Below are positions 24,546 through 37,452 of a stretch of DNA of 64,000 bases, in pieces. The translations under genes and the position numbers were made by a program. This stretch comes from Octopus bimaculoides (taxonomy: Eukaryota), in the NCBI RefSeq assembly GCF_001194135.2, contig NC_068991.1, forward strand, positions 78,044,921 to 78,108,920, given 5' to 3'. The notes under the pieces are model-generated. The model worked only from the letters and a program-made list of their open reading frames with translations. It searched no databases and was not told the DNA's origin. The first letter of the stretch is position 1, and every line of letters begins with the position of its first letter.

Positions 24546-25292
24546 TAAAGTAAAGCTCGCGTGCCCTGAAGACGTCATTCAAAATGTTGATTGTGTCACC
24601 GGAAGCTATTTCACACGTGATCAGCAGCTGATGAAAAATGTCATCAAGTTACAACCTCCTATCGTGATATGACGTTTTTATTAAAACAATATACAATGCT
24701 ATGTGTAGGAAAGTCTTCCTTGGGGTAAATATAACGCCCTGTTATTGAATACATGCATATCAACACAAAGAATATTTGTGGGACATTTTCATGAAATCGT
24801 CCAACTTTCGCCAAGAGCAAGCATAGTAGCATGCTAGATCTCATAAAGTTCTATGTGACAACAAACTCAGATATGCTGTATAGTCAAAGCGACCGGATGC
24901 CCGGCATATGTGAACATTTCTTCCAAGATCAGTAAAAGAAGCAATACCTAAAGACGACGATTTCGCAATGTGCCGCTGCTCCACCCAGATTATAAATTCG
25001 TATTTTATTCTAATAATTAATTATTTGTGGCATTCATCTATGTTACTCAATATTTGCGTGGCAAGCTGGAAAAGCCAGGATTTTCAGGAAAAGAAAGATA
25101 TAAGCCAACGCGAACTGTGTCAGTATAATCTGAAAAAAGGTTGAAAAAAATTTGAACGGCTTTTCTCAAGTTCACTATACAGCTCTTAGGATTTTTCTTA
25201 TCTGAATTCCAATGAAAGAGAATTGATTCTTTCTTAGAAACCAAAACCTTAGCTCTGAGAAGAACTGATACATACATACATACATACATACA

Positions 25293-25328
<36 letters not shown>

Positions 25329-25649
25329 TATAGAGAGAGAGANNNNNNNNNNTACATACATATAGAGAGAGAGAGAGGGGGAGGAGGAGGAGGAGGAGGA
25401 GGAGATAAGTTCTTGGCTTTGAGTAAAAGAAAATACAGGAAAATCAGTTATGATTTTATTCAACGTATTCCCCACTCAGATTCACACACTTATTGCAGCA
25501 GTGCTTCAGATTTTCTAAACGCTGTAAAAGAACTCAGGAGGTTGGGCCTCCAGCCAGGCCTTTCGCGATACCCTTAGAGTCAGAAACTTTTCACTACCCC
25601 TCGTATTATCTCCCCTTTTTCTTAGCTCTCTTGTGTGATCCTTCTGTCC

Positions 25650-25830
25650 GGCATTCGCCATGATAGATCGCTGACCACTACATTTATATTTTTTTTCTCT
25701 CCTTGTTTCTTTCTGTGTTCCTTTCAGTTGAAGAGCATAGGCTCGAAACGTCAAAGACTTTCTCTATTCCCGAGCGTTATACTAATACATCCATTTGTTG
25801 TTTACACCACCTATCTTCGTCTGTTGTTTT
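25650..25830 (+). mobile_element. Short element carrying a degenerate hammerhead motif (25721-25756), Penelope-like
   Basis: CTTT-CAGTTGA-A-GAGC ATAG GCTC-GAAAC-GTC-AAAG; downstream TTCCCGAGCGTTATACTAATAC resembles TTCCTGAGCGTCCAATAACAC after the 51.8-kb motif. Confidence 0.55.
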
Positions 25831-26061
25831 TTTCGTAAATCTCATATATATATATATATATATACCGTATTTGGTGGCCTATAAGACGCACAAGTGCAAA
25901 GGACGCACCCACGTCCAGGCAATACTTTTGTAAAATAAATTACCACTAAAATTAATGTTTTTATTCCTCCACTTACCTGTATAACTTTATGTTATTACCG
26001 GTAATTACAAGCAATTTATTGCATCCACACTCGATATAAACATACCGTAGGCGATTGTAAT

Positions 26062-26231
26062 TGTGTAGTGAGTAGTTTTTTTCCCAACCACATGGTTCCG
26101 GGTTCAGTCCCACTGTGTAGCACCTTGGGAAAGCGTCTTCTACTATAGCCTCGAGCCAACCAAAGCCTTGTGAATGTATTTGGTAGACGGAAACTGAAAG
26201 AAGCCCGTCGTACATATGTATATATATATGT

Positions 26232-26307
<76 letters not shown>

Positions 26308-26424
26308 ATCTGCAATTGTCCCCCTCACAACAAAGCCTGACAACCGATGCTGATGTGTTTACGTCCCCGTAACTTAGCGGTTCGGCAAAAGAGACCGACA
26401 GAATAAGTACTAGGCTTACAAAGA
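26062..26424 (+). mobile_element. SINE family B with expanded internal (TG)n
   Basis: Head CCCAACCACATGGTTCCGGGTTCAGTCCC, about 85-nt TA/TG tract at 26215-26305, body GACAACCGATGCTG...AATAAGTACTAGGCTTACAAAGAA; tail truncated. Confidence 0.9.
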
Positions 26425-26518
26425 AACGTAAAAGAATTTTCTTTCTGATTTTCTCATTTCATGAGCGTTAACCTAATGCACTATGCCTTTTCTCCACATC
26501 TTCCTCTTTTACCTTTTT

Positions 26519-26567
<49 letters not shown>

Positions 26568-26758
26568 GTCTCTCTCTCTCTCTCTCTTTTTCTTCTTCTT
26601 CTCTCTCTCTCTCTCTTTTCTTCTTCTCTCTCTCTCTCTCTCTCTCTTCTTCTTCTTCTCTCTCTTCTTCTCTCTCTCTTCTTCTCTCTCTCCCCTCCCC
26701 CTCTCTATATATACATACATACATACATAGAAAGATGGTAGAAAGATGGTAGAAAGAT

Positions 26759-26809
<51 letters not shown>

Positions 26810-26931
26810 TTATGTATAGATGGTTAAAATTCTGGCTTTGTACAACTTTGTAACTCCTATTAGTAAATGAAACATGTATAATGGTGAATAATGATACCAT
26901 AAAATTTCCCAATCTCCTGCTTTGGTGGATC

Positions 26932-26993
<62 letters not shown>

Positions 26994-28989
26994 GTGATGG
27001 ATAGATTGATAAAGATTTCTGCATGTATCCACAAAGCATATAATGCAAACATACATGTATTAATGCCTATATACAAGCTTCCAATTGTACACTTATACAT
27101 CCATATATATATATACACACACATATACCTGTGTGTATGTATGTATGCATGGGCGTGTGTGTATGTGTATGTATGAATATATACATGAACATGTATATGG
27201 ATAGCTATATAGATCTAACCGCATATACGTATATCCGTGCGCACATCTATCCGTTACATACACAAACGCAAATAACAGTTTCTTTAGGTAGCTTCATTAA
27301 TATTTCGAGCACACCACCCCAAATCAAAGCCAGTATGTTATTAAGTTGGTGAAAGACTTCATCAAACATGACAGACAGAATTACTGGACACGTCTACGAT
27401 GAACGGAATGGACTATTCCCTGTCATTCCCTCATTTTTCAAATATATTTATGTTTTAAACGTATTTTTTTTCTTCCCCCGTCTTTCTTCTCTTTCTCCCT
27501 TCCTCTTTCTTCTCTAAATTATCACAACTTTCTTTTCGTTTTCTTGTTTCTCCTCCATTTTTGTTGTTGTTCTTTTCCTCTAATTTTTTCTTAAGTTTGT
27601 TCTCGTTGTTTCTTCTTCTTCTTCTTCTTCTTCTTCTCCTCCTCCTCCTCCCCCCTCCCCCTCCTTCTCCTCCCCCCATCTTCTCCTCTTCCGTCCTCCT
27701 TTCTCCCCTTATTCTTCTTGTTTTGCTTGCTGTCCCAATAGATGTGCAATGTCTCAGAATCAGTGGAACTGTCAGAATGGCTTCAACTGGAATTAACTTG
27801 AGATTTTCACACATCTGAAAAGAACAACTTTGCCAAGAGTGACGATGGGGATGCAGGAGCGGGGGGGGTGTCTCCTGTGTGCCTTGGGAAAGTTCGATAC
27901 CGTCTATAACAATAATAATATTAATACAAAAACAACAGCAATAGTAATAATAATGATGATGATGATGATGATGACGACGACGATTGTTTCAAATCAAGTT
28001 TGGTGCTTTTGTATTCCATTCACAAGAATAGTTACAGACTGGTTGTGCTGTTCTGTTAGATCTTTTTTCCTTCTTTATTATCGTTATTAAGAACACTAAT
28101 GCCGCTGTCTTCACCGCCGTCATCACCAGTCTTACCATCAGAACCATTGCCACCACTGTCACCACCACCACCACTATCATCATCACCACTGCCACCACGA
28201 CTTCCATCAAAACCACTCTCACAACCTCCAACACCACCACAACTAGCACATGAACCACCACCACCACCGCTATGCCAACTAGATAACCAGGAAAACTTCT
28301 ACCACGACCACCACTACAGCGACGATCACCACCACCANNNNNNNNNNNNNNNNNNNNNNNNNNNNNNNNNNNNNNNNNNNNNNNNNNNNNNNNNNNNNNN
28401 NNNNNNNNNNNNNNNNNNNNNNNNNNNNNNNNNNNNNNNNNNNNNNNNNNNNNNNNNNNNNNNNNNNNNNNNNNNNNNNNNNNNNNNNNNNNNNNNNNNN
28501 NNNNNNNNNNNNAAAGCATTTCTTCGCCCGACTTGCTGACCATTCAGCTGGTTCGCCGCCCCAACACCACCAATGATGACTCGGAAATTTCTTCGCAGTA
28601 GCAGCAGCAGCAGTAGCAGCAGCAGCAGTAGCAGCAGCAGCAGTAGCAGCAGCAGCAGTAGCAGCAGCAGCAAGCAGCAGCAGCAAGCATATTCATGTCC
28701 TAAACGAAGATTATTTGCGGCATGTGTGTGTGTGTAGATGTGTGTTTATGTATGTTTGTGTCTGTGATTGTAGATTGTGTGTGTATGTGTGTATTGATGT
28801 ATATGTATTGTCTTTTGGTGTGTGTGTGTGGATGTGCGTGTGTGTTTATATGCATGTGTGTAGGTATGTGTGTGAGGTGAGATGTATGTGTGTATAGTTG
28901 TGTTTGCATATGTCTAGATGCGTGCGTGCGTGTGTGTAGGTGTGAGTGTGGGTGTGTTCATGGAAGTATAAGTGTATGTGAGTATCGAT

Positions 28990-29240
28990 AAGTGTAGACA
29001 TGCGTATGTAAGTGTGTGTGTGTGTGTCTTTGTGTTTGTCCCTCCCACAACCGCTTGCCAGCCGGTGTTGGTTTGCTTGCGTCCTAGTAACCTAGTGGTT
29101 CGGCAAATAAGAAAAAGTATCAAACTGTGAAAAAAAAAGGGGAGGGGAAATTACTGGGGTTAATTTGTTCGTCTCTAAACCCTTTAAGGCCGATGCCTAG
29201 CATAGCTGCAGTCCAACGATTGAAACAAGTAAAAGATAAA
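28990..29240 (+). mobile_element. SINE family B, diverged 3' half
   Basis: TTTGTCCCTCCCACAACCGCTTGCCAGCCGGTGTTGG...GCAGTCCAACGATTGAAACAAGTAAAAGAT. Confidence 0.75.
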
Positions 29241-30570
29241 TGCATAAATAAATAAATAAACAAATAAATAGAAGCATTGCACAGATTTAACTCCTGATTA
29301 AAATGTTTTAATTTTCTTCTCTTTTTAATTTAGACTCTATTTTGCCCGGCCACCTACTTGGTAGCCAAGTTGCGAGGGAAAGCATCTTGTTTCCCCCATC
29401 ATCTTTTTAAATCTTAAGGAGGTCTTGCAGATGCTTGTAGTTCCACATATCGTCGCCATTTTCAGGTTCAGAAGCATTGTACTGGGCGACCTTTTTCGAG
29501 AAGCGAGCTGTATAAGACATGGCTCGTCATTTGGCGGGCCGCACTACTAAAAAAAACATCAACGAAACCTTTCGGTAGACGTGTCACTGAGGTAATCTTG
29601 CGGGCCGCAGTTTATCTTTGACTGTATTCAAGCGTCGGCCAAAACGCGTTTTGGTATCGATTCTTGGGGTCTTTGTAGCATTCCGAGTTTAAACCCTGCC
29701 TCGGTGTCGAAGGGCTGATCGCAGGCCACAGCAGAGCAGCATCCGGTCCACAATTGGTCAGTACGATCAGAGTAGATCTAGAACCAGTATGGATAAATCG
29801 AAAATGTTATGTTGAGGCTTTCATCTAGAAATGGATGGACGTCAGCAAAATGGAATGGACCGGAGAATACACCAACAATACCAATAATGCTACCATCAGA
29901 ACTAATACTACCACCACTACCACCATTACTAACATTAACACCACAGCATTTATACAGTCATATTAGTCACAACCACCCACACCACCATCACCACCATTAC
30001 TATCACAATAACCAACAATAAAAACAATAACAACACCATCACCACCACCACTATACCATCACCACCACCTCTACCGCCACTACTGCTTTCAGTCTACTAT
30101 CACCATCACAACTACCACAAGTCTATCTGTACCACTTCTACTGCTACACAGATCACCACCACCACCACCACTACTCCCACCACCACTACTCCCACCACCA
30201 ATACCACCACCACCACTACTACAATAGTCAATATAAGAAAAAGTCTGTAGTAATCGATACAACGATTTATCTGTATTATTGAAGTGTCATGCTGGCGGTA
30301 GTTGTGTGAGTATATGAGACTGTGCGTCGTTGTGTTCTGTGTGTGATTGTGTGATTGTGTGTGTGTGTGTGTGTGTGTGTGTATGCGTGAATCCATGTAT
30401 GTGTGCTTGTGTATGCATGTACGTGTATGTGTTTGTATGGATGTATGCATTTATGTTTGCGTGTTAATGTACATAGGTATATTAGTGAGTATATAAGCCT
30501 GTTTGTATTATGTACGTAGATAAGTACATACATACATACATACACACACACATATATATATATATGTATG

Positions 30571-30603
<33 letters not shown>

Positions 30604-31169
30604 GACCGCAGCCACTTGGCTGAAACACATAAATATATATATATATATATATATANNNNNNNNNNNNNNNNNNNNNNNNNNNNNNNNNNNTATACGTATG
30701 TACTAACGTGCGTGTATATGTGCATGTTTGTATAGAAGTCAGTATGTATGTATGAACGTACGCACGTCTTTTGGTTTTGATTTTTGTTTGCTTGCTGTTG
30801 TTTTCTCTTTTGTTTTTGTTTTGTTTGTTTGTTTGTTTGTTTGTTTGATTTTATTTTTGTTTTCTTTTGTAGAATGCACGGTTGTCATGAACAAAGTGGA
30901 AGGGCTCTTTTGTTTATACAAAAGAGCCTTAAGATAGTTCTTGGTGTTTTGGGTTCTGATTTGGCATTCATGCATACCACTGATATCAATGACTTCTTCA
31001 GGCTTAGCTTTACTCGGCGATGCAAAAACCAGTTCTTCTGCCATTTCCAATTTTCATGCCCCAGTCACATGATGTCGTTGTTCGTAGAGTTTTCTTTCTA
31101 TGAAACTATATATATCAATATTTTTATTCGATTCAGTTTGAATGTCTCTGAAAGAAGATTTGTGGTTGT

Positions 31170-31600
31170 AAAACCTTGTTTTAAATAACCACGCCTTTTA
31201 ACTTTGTGCCATTGGTGTATATCGATGGTGGGACATATAACTTGCTTGGTGCTGGTTGTAGTATTACTACGGTCTTCTTGAGACTGATTCTAAGTCCAAG
31301 CTCATCACATGCTGCTGAAAAGCAGTCCATCAAGAGATGAAGATCTGTCTCAGTGTGGGCTACGAGACCACAAGCGCAAATGAGATCACGAATAAGAGCA
31401 AAGAAAGTTTTTTGTTACTACAGCAAAACGACGGATGTTGTAAAGCTTTCCTGTTGTACAGTGAGGGATGTATCAATAGATTCCAGCATCACTATGCACA
31501 AAGGTTTGCAAGATAACAATAGCAAAGAAGACTACGAACGAAGTAGGAGCCAAGAGATCACCTTGTTTAGCACCAGATTCAATTGAGATAGGTTCTAGTA
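31170..31600 (-). mobile_element. RTE-clade LINE, RT-domain fragment
   Basis: SGAKQGDLLAPTSF, TTGKLYNIRRF, LVAHTETDLHLLMDCFSAACDELGLRISLKKTVV, YVPPSIYTNGTKL: RTE/BovB-type motifs. May extend to about 30900. Confidence 0.9.
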
Positions 31601-31931
31601 TTTGATCATTGACACAAACTCATGCTTTCATGTTATCATGAAGAGATCGATTGAGCATTGTGAACTGTTCGGACATACATACATACATACATACATACAT
31701 ACATACATACTTTTATATAAGATTTGTTACTTCGAAAGTTCCAACCTACAAATGATTATCATGTTCGCTTCACGATACTACGATTGAAACGATCGTAGTA
31801 ACAAATCCTAATTATAGGAATCTGAAACTCTATATTTGCATTACATATTGAGTTCTAATTTTAAAAGACGTCCTCTTCGAGTCATCCAAAATTCAACGAC
31901 CAAAATAATATAGCATATATATGAAGGTGGA

Positions 31932-31967
<36 letters not shown>

Positions 31968-32010
31968 GCATATATATACAAACATATATTTGTGTATACA
32001 CTCATAAATA

Positions 32011-32055
<45 letters not shown>

Positions 32056-33484
32056 AGGGAGAGAGAGAAAGAAAAATAGGGGGGTGAGAAAGAGAGAGAA
32101 AGGAAAGACATGAAGAAACAGAGACAAAAAGAGGCGGAAGAGAGTAAGAGAATGAATCATAATTCCTAGATTATTAGCTTAAATATGCTTATTTTTACAG
32201 CAGATCCCACTTTTCCTACTTTCTCATTCCTGCCATTCATGTTCTTCTCTTTTCTTTTCTTCATGTCATCGCCACCGTCGTCGTCGTCGTTGTTGTTGTT
32301 GTTGTTGTTGTCGGGCAATTTAAGACGGCAAACGGAAATTATACATTTCAAGTCCTACTGGATATCTTTTCGCTGCCTTAAGACATCGAACAAACACTGC
32401 TTATTGATTTCTTCAAATAACAAGCTAATAAAACTCAAAGATAGCAAGAAATGACGTACTTTTACCACAACCACAACCACCACCACCACCACCTCTCATC
32501 TACCACCCATACTTAATATCTTTCCTACTTCAGCTCTGTCACACTTCTGTCTCCTTTTCAGCACCCTTCTTTCCTTCTTTCCTTCTTTCCTTCCCTCCTT
32601 CCTTCCTTTCTTCCATCTTTTCTTTCTTTTTTGCCATTTTTTGAAAAACTATTTTTCTTCTCCCCCCCCCCACCGTTTTATTTTGTTAATCCTTCCNNNN
32701 NNNNNNNNNNNNNNNNNNNNNNNNNNNNNNNNNNNNNNNNNNNNNNNNNNNNNNNNNNNNNNNNNNNNNNNNNNNNNNNNNNNNNNNNNNNNNNNNNNNN
32801 NNNNNNNNNNNNNNNNNNNNNNNNNNNNNNNNNNNNNNNNNNNNNNNNNNNNNNNNNNNNNNNNNNNNNNNNNNNNNNNNNNNNNNNNNNNNNNNNNNNN
32901 NNNNNNNNNNNNNNNNNNNNNNNNNNNNNNNNNNNNNNNNNNNNNNNNNNNNNNNNNNNNNNNNNNNNNNNNNNNNNNNNNNNNNNNNNNNNNNNNNNNN
33001 NNNNNNNNNNNNNNNNNNNNNNNNNNNNNNNNNNNNNNNNNNNNNNNNNNNNNNNNNNNNNNNNNNNNNNNNNNNNNNNNNNNNNNNNNNNNNNNNNNNN
33101 NNNNNNNNNNNNNNNNNNNNNNNNNNNNNNNNNNNNNNNNNNNNNNNNNNNNNNNNNNNNNNNNNNNNNNNNNNNNNNNNNNNNNNNNNNNNNNNNNNNN
33201 NNNNNNNNNNNNNNNNNNNNNNNNNNNNNNNNNNNNNNNNNNNNNNNNNNNNNNNNNNNNNNNNNNNNNNNNNNNNNNNNNNNNNNNNNNNNNNNNNNNN
33301 NNNNNNNNNNNNNNNNNNNNNNNNNNNNNNNNNNNNNNNNNNNNNNNNNNNNNNNNNNNNNNNNNNNNNNNNNNNNNNNNNNNNNNNNNNNNNNNNNNNN
33401 NNNNNNNNNNNNNNNNNNNNNNNNNNNNNNNNNNNNNNNNNNNNNNNNNNNNNNNNNNNNNNNNNNNNNNNNNNNNNNNNNNNN

Positions 33485-33549
<65 letters not shown>

Positions 33550-34179
33550 ACTGCGTGTGTATATGTGTATATATGTATATTATATATATACGTGTGTGTG
33601 TGTGTGTGTGTGCGTATGCATGTATAGATATAGATAGATGCATTTATATGTGTATGCATATGTAGATATCTGTATATACACATATAAATGCATATATATA
33701 TGTATATGTATATATATAAATGTGTGTGTGTGTGTGTGTGTGTGTGTTTGTGTGTGTGTGCGTGTACGTATATGTATGTGGCTTAATAGGAAGTCTGCTA
33801 GCAAGCTGGCTGCATGGACATATTGACAGACAGATATAAATGGAGAGGTATTCGGAAATAAAAACGTCATCGTGGATATCTCTAGGAATGAAAGATATTG
33901 GAGAAAGATTAAATATTCGAGAAAGGTGGAGAACAATACGGCGGAGCATGTGCGATGTCTGTCCGGTCGTTTATCTTCACGACGATATCGCCATGAAAGA
34001 TGAGATATCGTTTAATTACAGGATTTAAAGCATTTCCAAGAAATAGTTGGATGTTCCCCCGATCGAGTGGTGTGACCAACGATTCCATACAAGTGAAAAG
34101 GTTATTCGCCAAACTGTTTTTATTTCTGAAGAGTATAAAGTGTCCTACACTTTGTCTTCACTTGGTTGAAGCTGCGTGC

Positions 34180-34556
34180 GCCAATGTGTGTGTGTGTGTG
34201 TGTTGTGTGTGTGTGTGTGTGTGTGTGNNNNNNNNNNTGTGTGTGTGTGTGTGTGTTGTGTGTGTGTGTGTGTGTGTGTGTGTTGGTGCAAGCCAGTGCG
34301 TGTGTGTGTGCGTGTGTGTGTATGCCAGTGTGTGTGTATGTGCGTGTGTGTTGTGTGTGTGTGTGTGTGTGTGTTGTGTGTGTGTGTGTATGTCAGTGTG
34401 TGTATGAACAGTAGTAGTAGATGTAGTAGTGGTAGTAGTAGTAGTAGTAGTGGTATTACTATAGTTGGGGCTCATATGTGTTTGTGTTTGTATATATATA
34501 TATATATGTGTTTGTGGGGGGGGGAGTATGAATATATGTATGTATGTGTGTGTACA

Positions 34557-34593
<37 letters not shown>

Positions 34594-34653
34594 GTATGTA
34601 TATATGTATATATGTATGTTTGTATATATGTATGTGAGTATGTTTGTATACAT

Positions 34654-34691
<38 letters not shown>

Positions 34692-35110
34692 GTATGTATG
34701 TATGCATGTATATATATATATATATGTGTGTATGTATGTATGTATGTATGTATGTATATATATATATATGCATATGTATATATGTGCATATATATATATA
34801 CATATATATATGTACACACATACATACATACATACATACATACACACATATATACGTGCATATGTAAGTATTACGCATATGTGCTTGCATGTATATAAAT
34901 ATGTTTGCATGTTTATTTCCGTATATCTGTTTATAAATGCATGTGTATGTATGCATGTATTTGAATTTGTATGCACTTATATCGACGTACATATGTACAT
35001 ACGTAGATGTATATGCATTTATGTATTATATATATATATATATATTTATTTATTTATATGAATATAGTATGTATATATGTATGCATATGTATGTGACTGT
35101 GTAGGTATGC
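34180..35110. repeat. Large compound (TG)/(TA)/(TATG)/(TAG)/(TC) microsatellite block
   Basis: Directly visible; similar blocks at 6680-6875, 7155-7420, 16930-17140, 26520-27000, 30330-30730, 41390-41880, 47630-48730, 51660-52110, 63500-64000. Confidence 0.95.
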
Positions 35111-35504
35111 ATGTATGCGCGTGTAAATGTATGCCCTTACGTATGTATATATGAGTTTATTTGCATACGGACGTGTAGTGTTTGTACATCTGTATGCGAA
35201 GTGCTTCGTTGTCCTCGTATACTGGTAGCACTTATAGATATCGACAAATCATTTATATCGTGTAAGTGTGTGTGTGTGTGCATGTGTGTTATCATTCGAT
35301 GCCAGCAAACCATAACGTCTGCGACAACAGCAACAACAAGAAGAGCGGCAGCAGCAGCGGTTTGAACTCAAAACATATGAATATGCTGTCAGGCTTGAGT
35401 TAAAAGTTGTAACGTTTGACTTTATGCTACTGAATAACCAGAATACCAGTTCTATCGTCAACTGAAATCAAATCTACAAGACTCACATCAATGGTTCAAT
35501 ACAT

Positions 35505-35569
<65 letters not shown>

Positions 35570-35809
35570 NNNNNNNNNNCATATATATATATATATACGT
35601 ATGCATGTATGCATGTATGTATGTATGTATGTGTGTATGTATGTATGTATATCATATATATATATATACATGCATACTCATACACACATACATACATAAA
35701 TACATACACAAATATACATGCGTGTGTGTGTGTGTGTGTGTGTGTAGGTGTGTGTTTGTGTAGGTGTGTATGTGTATGTGTGTGTATGTGTAACTTTATT
35801 CACTCTTAC

Positions 35810-35899
35810 CTGTCAAGTTTCCAAGCACTCTTTATCAATACATTGAAATTTGGTAAGATACAGTGCACCAGCATTAACAACGATGTCTTCGAAATAATC
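35810..35899 (-). CDS. Weak candidate exon (90 nt, phase 2-2)
   Basis: TTTTCTGGCGTGCAG| ... CAG|GTAAGA; one open frame IISKTSLLMLVHCILPNFNVLIKSAWKLD; no recognisable homology. Confidence 0.25.
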
Positions 35900-36322
35900 C
35901 TGCACGCCAGAAAATCCTAACTTTAAAACTATTTCCCCCACACGTACACACTGTCCACATAGGTGATGGCCATTTATGGTCTGTTTGGTGTCTGTATAAG
36001 TAGTTACGATGTGACTCCGTAATATGAGCTGGTCGCTTTATATATTCGTGATAAACTTGAATCATAATTTGAAATCCTAGGGGATAGGTTTCTCTTTCTC
36101 GTCACAAGAACGGTAAAAAATACGATTAAATTAGGAATGATCAAATAAAGATCTTTTATGAGATTGGAGTCAACGGTAATAATGACCACTCATATAAACA
36201 TAGTCACTTCTTAGATGTTATATTAGACCCAGTGACAGGTTGATAGCAACGCCATAGAAAGCCAAAAGAAATGTTTGTGTCTGCTGGTAAGAACAGAACA
36301 TCATCACAGTAGATACTCTTTT

Positions 36323-36385
36323 ACTCTTTTACTTGTTTCAGTCATTTGACTGTGGCCATGCTGGAGTACTGCCTTTAGTCAAGCA
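36323..36385 (-). mobile_element. SINE family B tail
   Basis: CTCTTTTACTTGTTTCAGTCATTTGACTGTGGCCATGCTGGAG is the reverse complement of the family B tail. Confidence 0.85.
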
Positions 36386-36650
36386 AATCAGGCCATCATC
36401 CTTCTCTACTCTACTTTTGCCCGACCCCATCTTGAATACTGTTGCCCATTGTGGTTTCCCCATACAAAGCAAAGCATTATGAAAGTGGAAGAACTCCAGA
36501 GGTCAATAACAAGAAAGATAAACCGCATGGCAGGCATTGACTATTGGGGTCGACTAAAAAAATTCAATCTCTACTCTCTCCAACGCCGCCGGGAGCGCTA
36601 CATCATTTGTGTCATGTGGAAAATATTCCATCAATATTGCACAAATGATA
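36386..36650 (+). mobile_element. CR1-type LINE RT C-terminal fragment
   Basis: LYSTFARPHLEYCCPLWFP...EELQRSITRKI...YWGRLKKFNLYSLQRRRERY...WKI. Confidence 0.9.
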
Positions 36651-36711
36651 CATTATTTACATTATTTACATTATCTATATATGATAGATATTTGTCATCT
36701 TGTTTGTTGTT

Positions 36712-36757
36712 AACACAACGTTTCGGCTGATACACCCTCCAGCCTTCATCAGGTGTC
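36712..36757 (-). ncRNA. Minimal type I hammerhead ribozyme with intact core, in a short element spanning about 36650-36810
   Basis: GACAC-CTGATGA-A-GGCTG GAGGGTGTAT CAGCC-GAAAC-GTT-GTGTT: 5-bp stem I, 5-bp stem II, palindromic loop-less stem III (AACGTT), GUU cleavage triplet. Confidence 0.8.
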
Positions 36758-36804
36758 TTGGGGAAATTTCGAACCTGGGTTCTCATTCCTAAGGTATTTT
36801 TCGA

Positions 36805-36807
<3 letters not shown>

Positions 36808-36886
<79 letters not shown>

Positions 36887-36887
36887 G
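36808..36887. repeat. (ATT)n microsatellite
   Basis: Directly visible. Confidence 0.95.
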
Positions 36888-37262
36888 AGTGAGAGAGCAG
36901 TGCATGCCATCAAAGTGACGCTGAGGAAAAAATATATATAGCCCATTATACCCATCATGACTACCCGTCTGATAAGGGTACACCAGGCACATGCATCACA
37001 ACCATATGTGCGCGACATGGTGATCTTATTTCAAGATAAACAGCGCATCACCTTGCAGGTGTGGCCCAGTTAGAATTTTCTTTAGGCCGAGTAGCCCATC
37101 CCTCTCAGAAGGTCCCTGAATAAGGGTTGTTTAAGGATGTTAAGCAAAACACCCATGTTTCCAAAGTGAATTATTCAAACACCAAAGATCTCCTCTCAAC
37201 ACATGGCTATGATGCTCCCCCACTACTTCTGCTCATGATCAGAGATGCACATATCGTCAGCC
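36888..37262. mobile_element. Probable interspersed repeat abutting (ATT)n
   Basis: GC-richer non-coding block with sharp boundaries at microsatellites; I recognise it as a common octopus repeat, but there is no second copy here to confirm. Confidence 0.4.
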
Positions 37263-37326
37263 AGTAGTATTACATTATATTATTACATTATATTATATAT
37301 TATATTATATCACACACATATATATA

Positions 37327-37374
<48 letters not shown>

Positions 37375-37417
37375 TACATTATTTTACATATCATATATAT
37401 ATATATATATATATTAC

Positions 37418-37452
<35 letters not shown>

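Noticed and set aside
28099-28337. Pro/His/Thr-rich ORF (also 29830-30240 and 5030-5370)
   Set aside because: Degenerate (CCA/CAC)n low-complexity DNA.
29530-29615. Twice-repeated GCGGGCCGCA, reminiscent of hAT/Charlie MITE termini
   Set aside because: No matching opposite terminus or 8-bp TSD found.
34158-35061. ORFs rich in YI, HT, CV, MYV, RE or poly-amino-acid runs here and throughout
   Set aside because: Translations of di-, tri- and tetranucleotide repeats; no coding signal.
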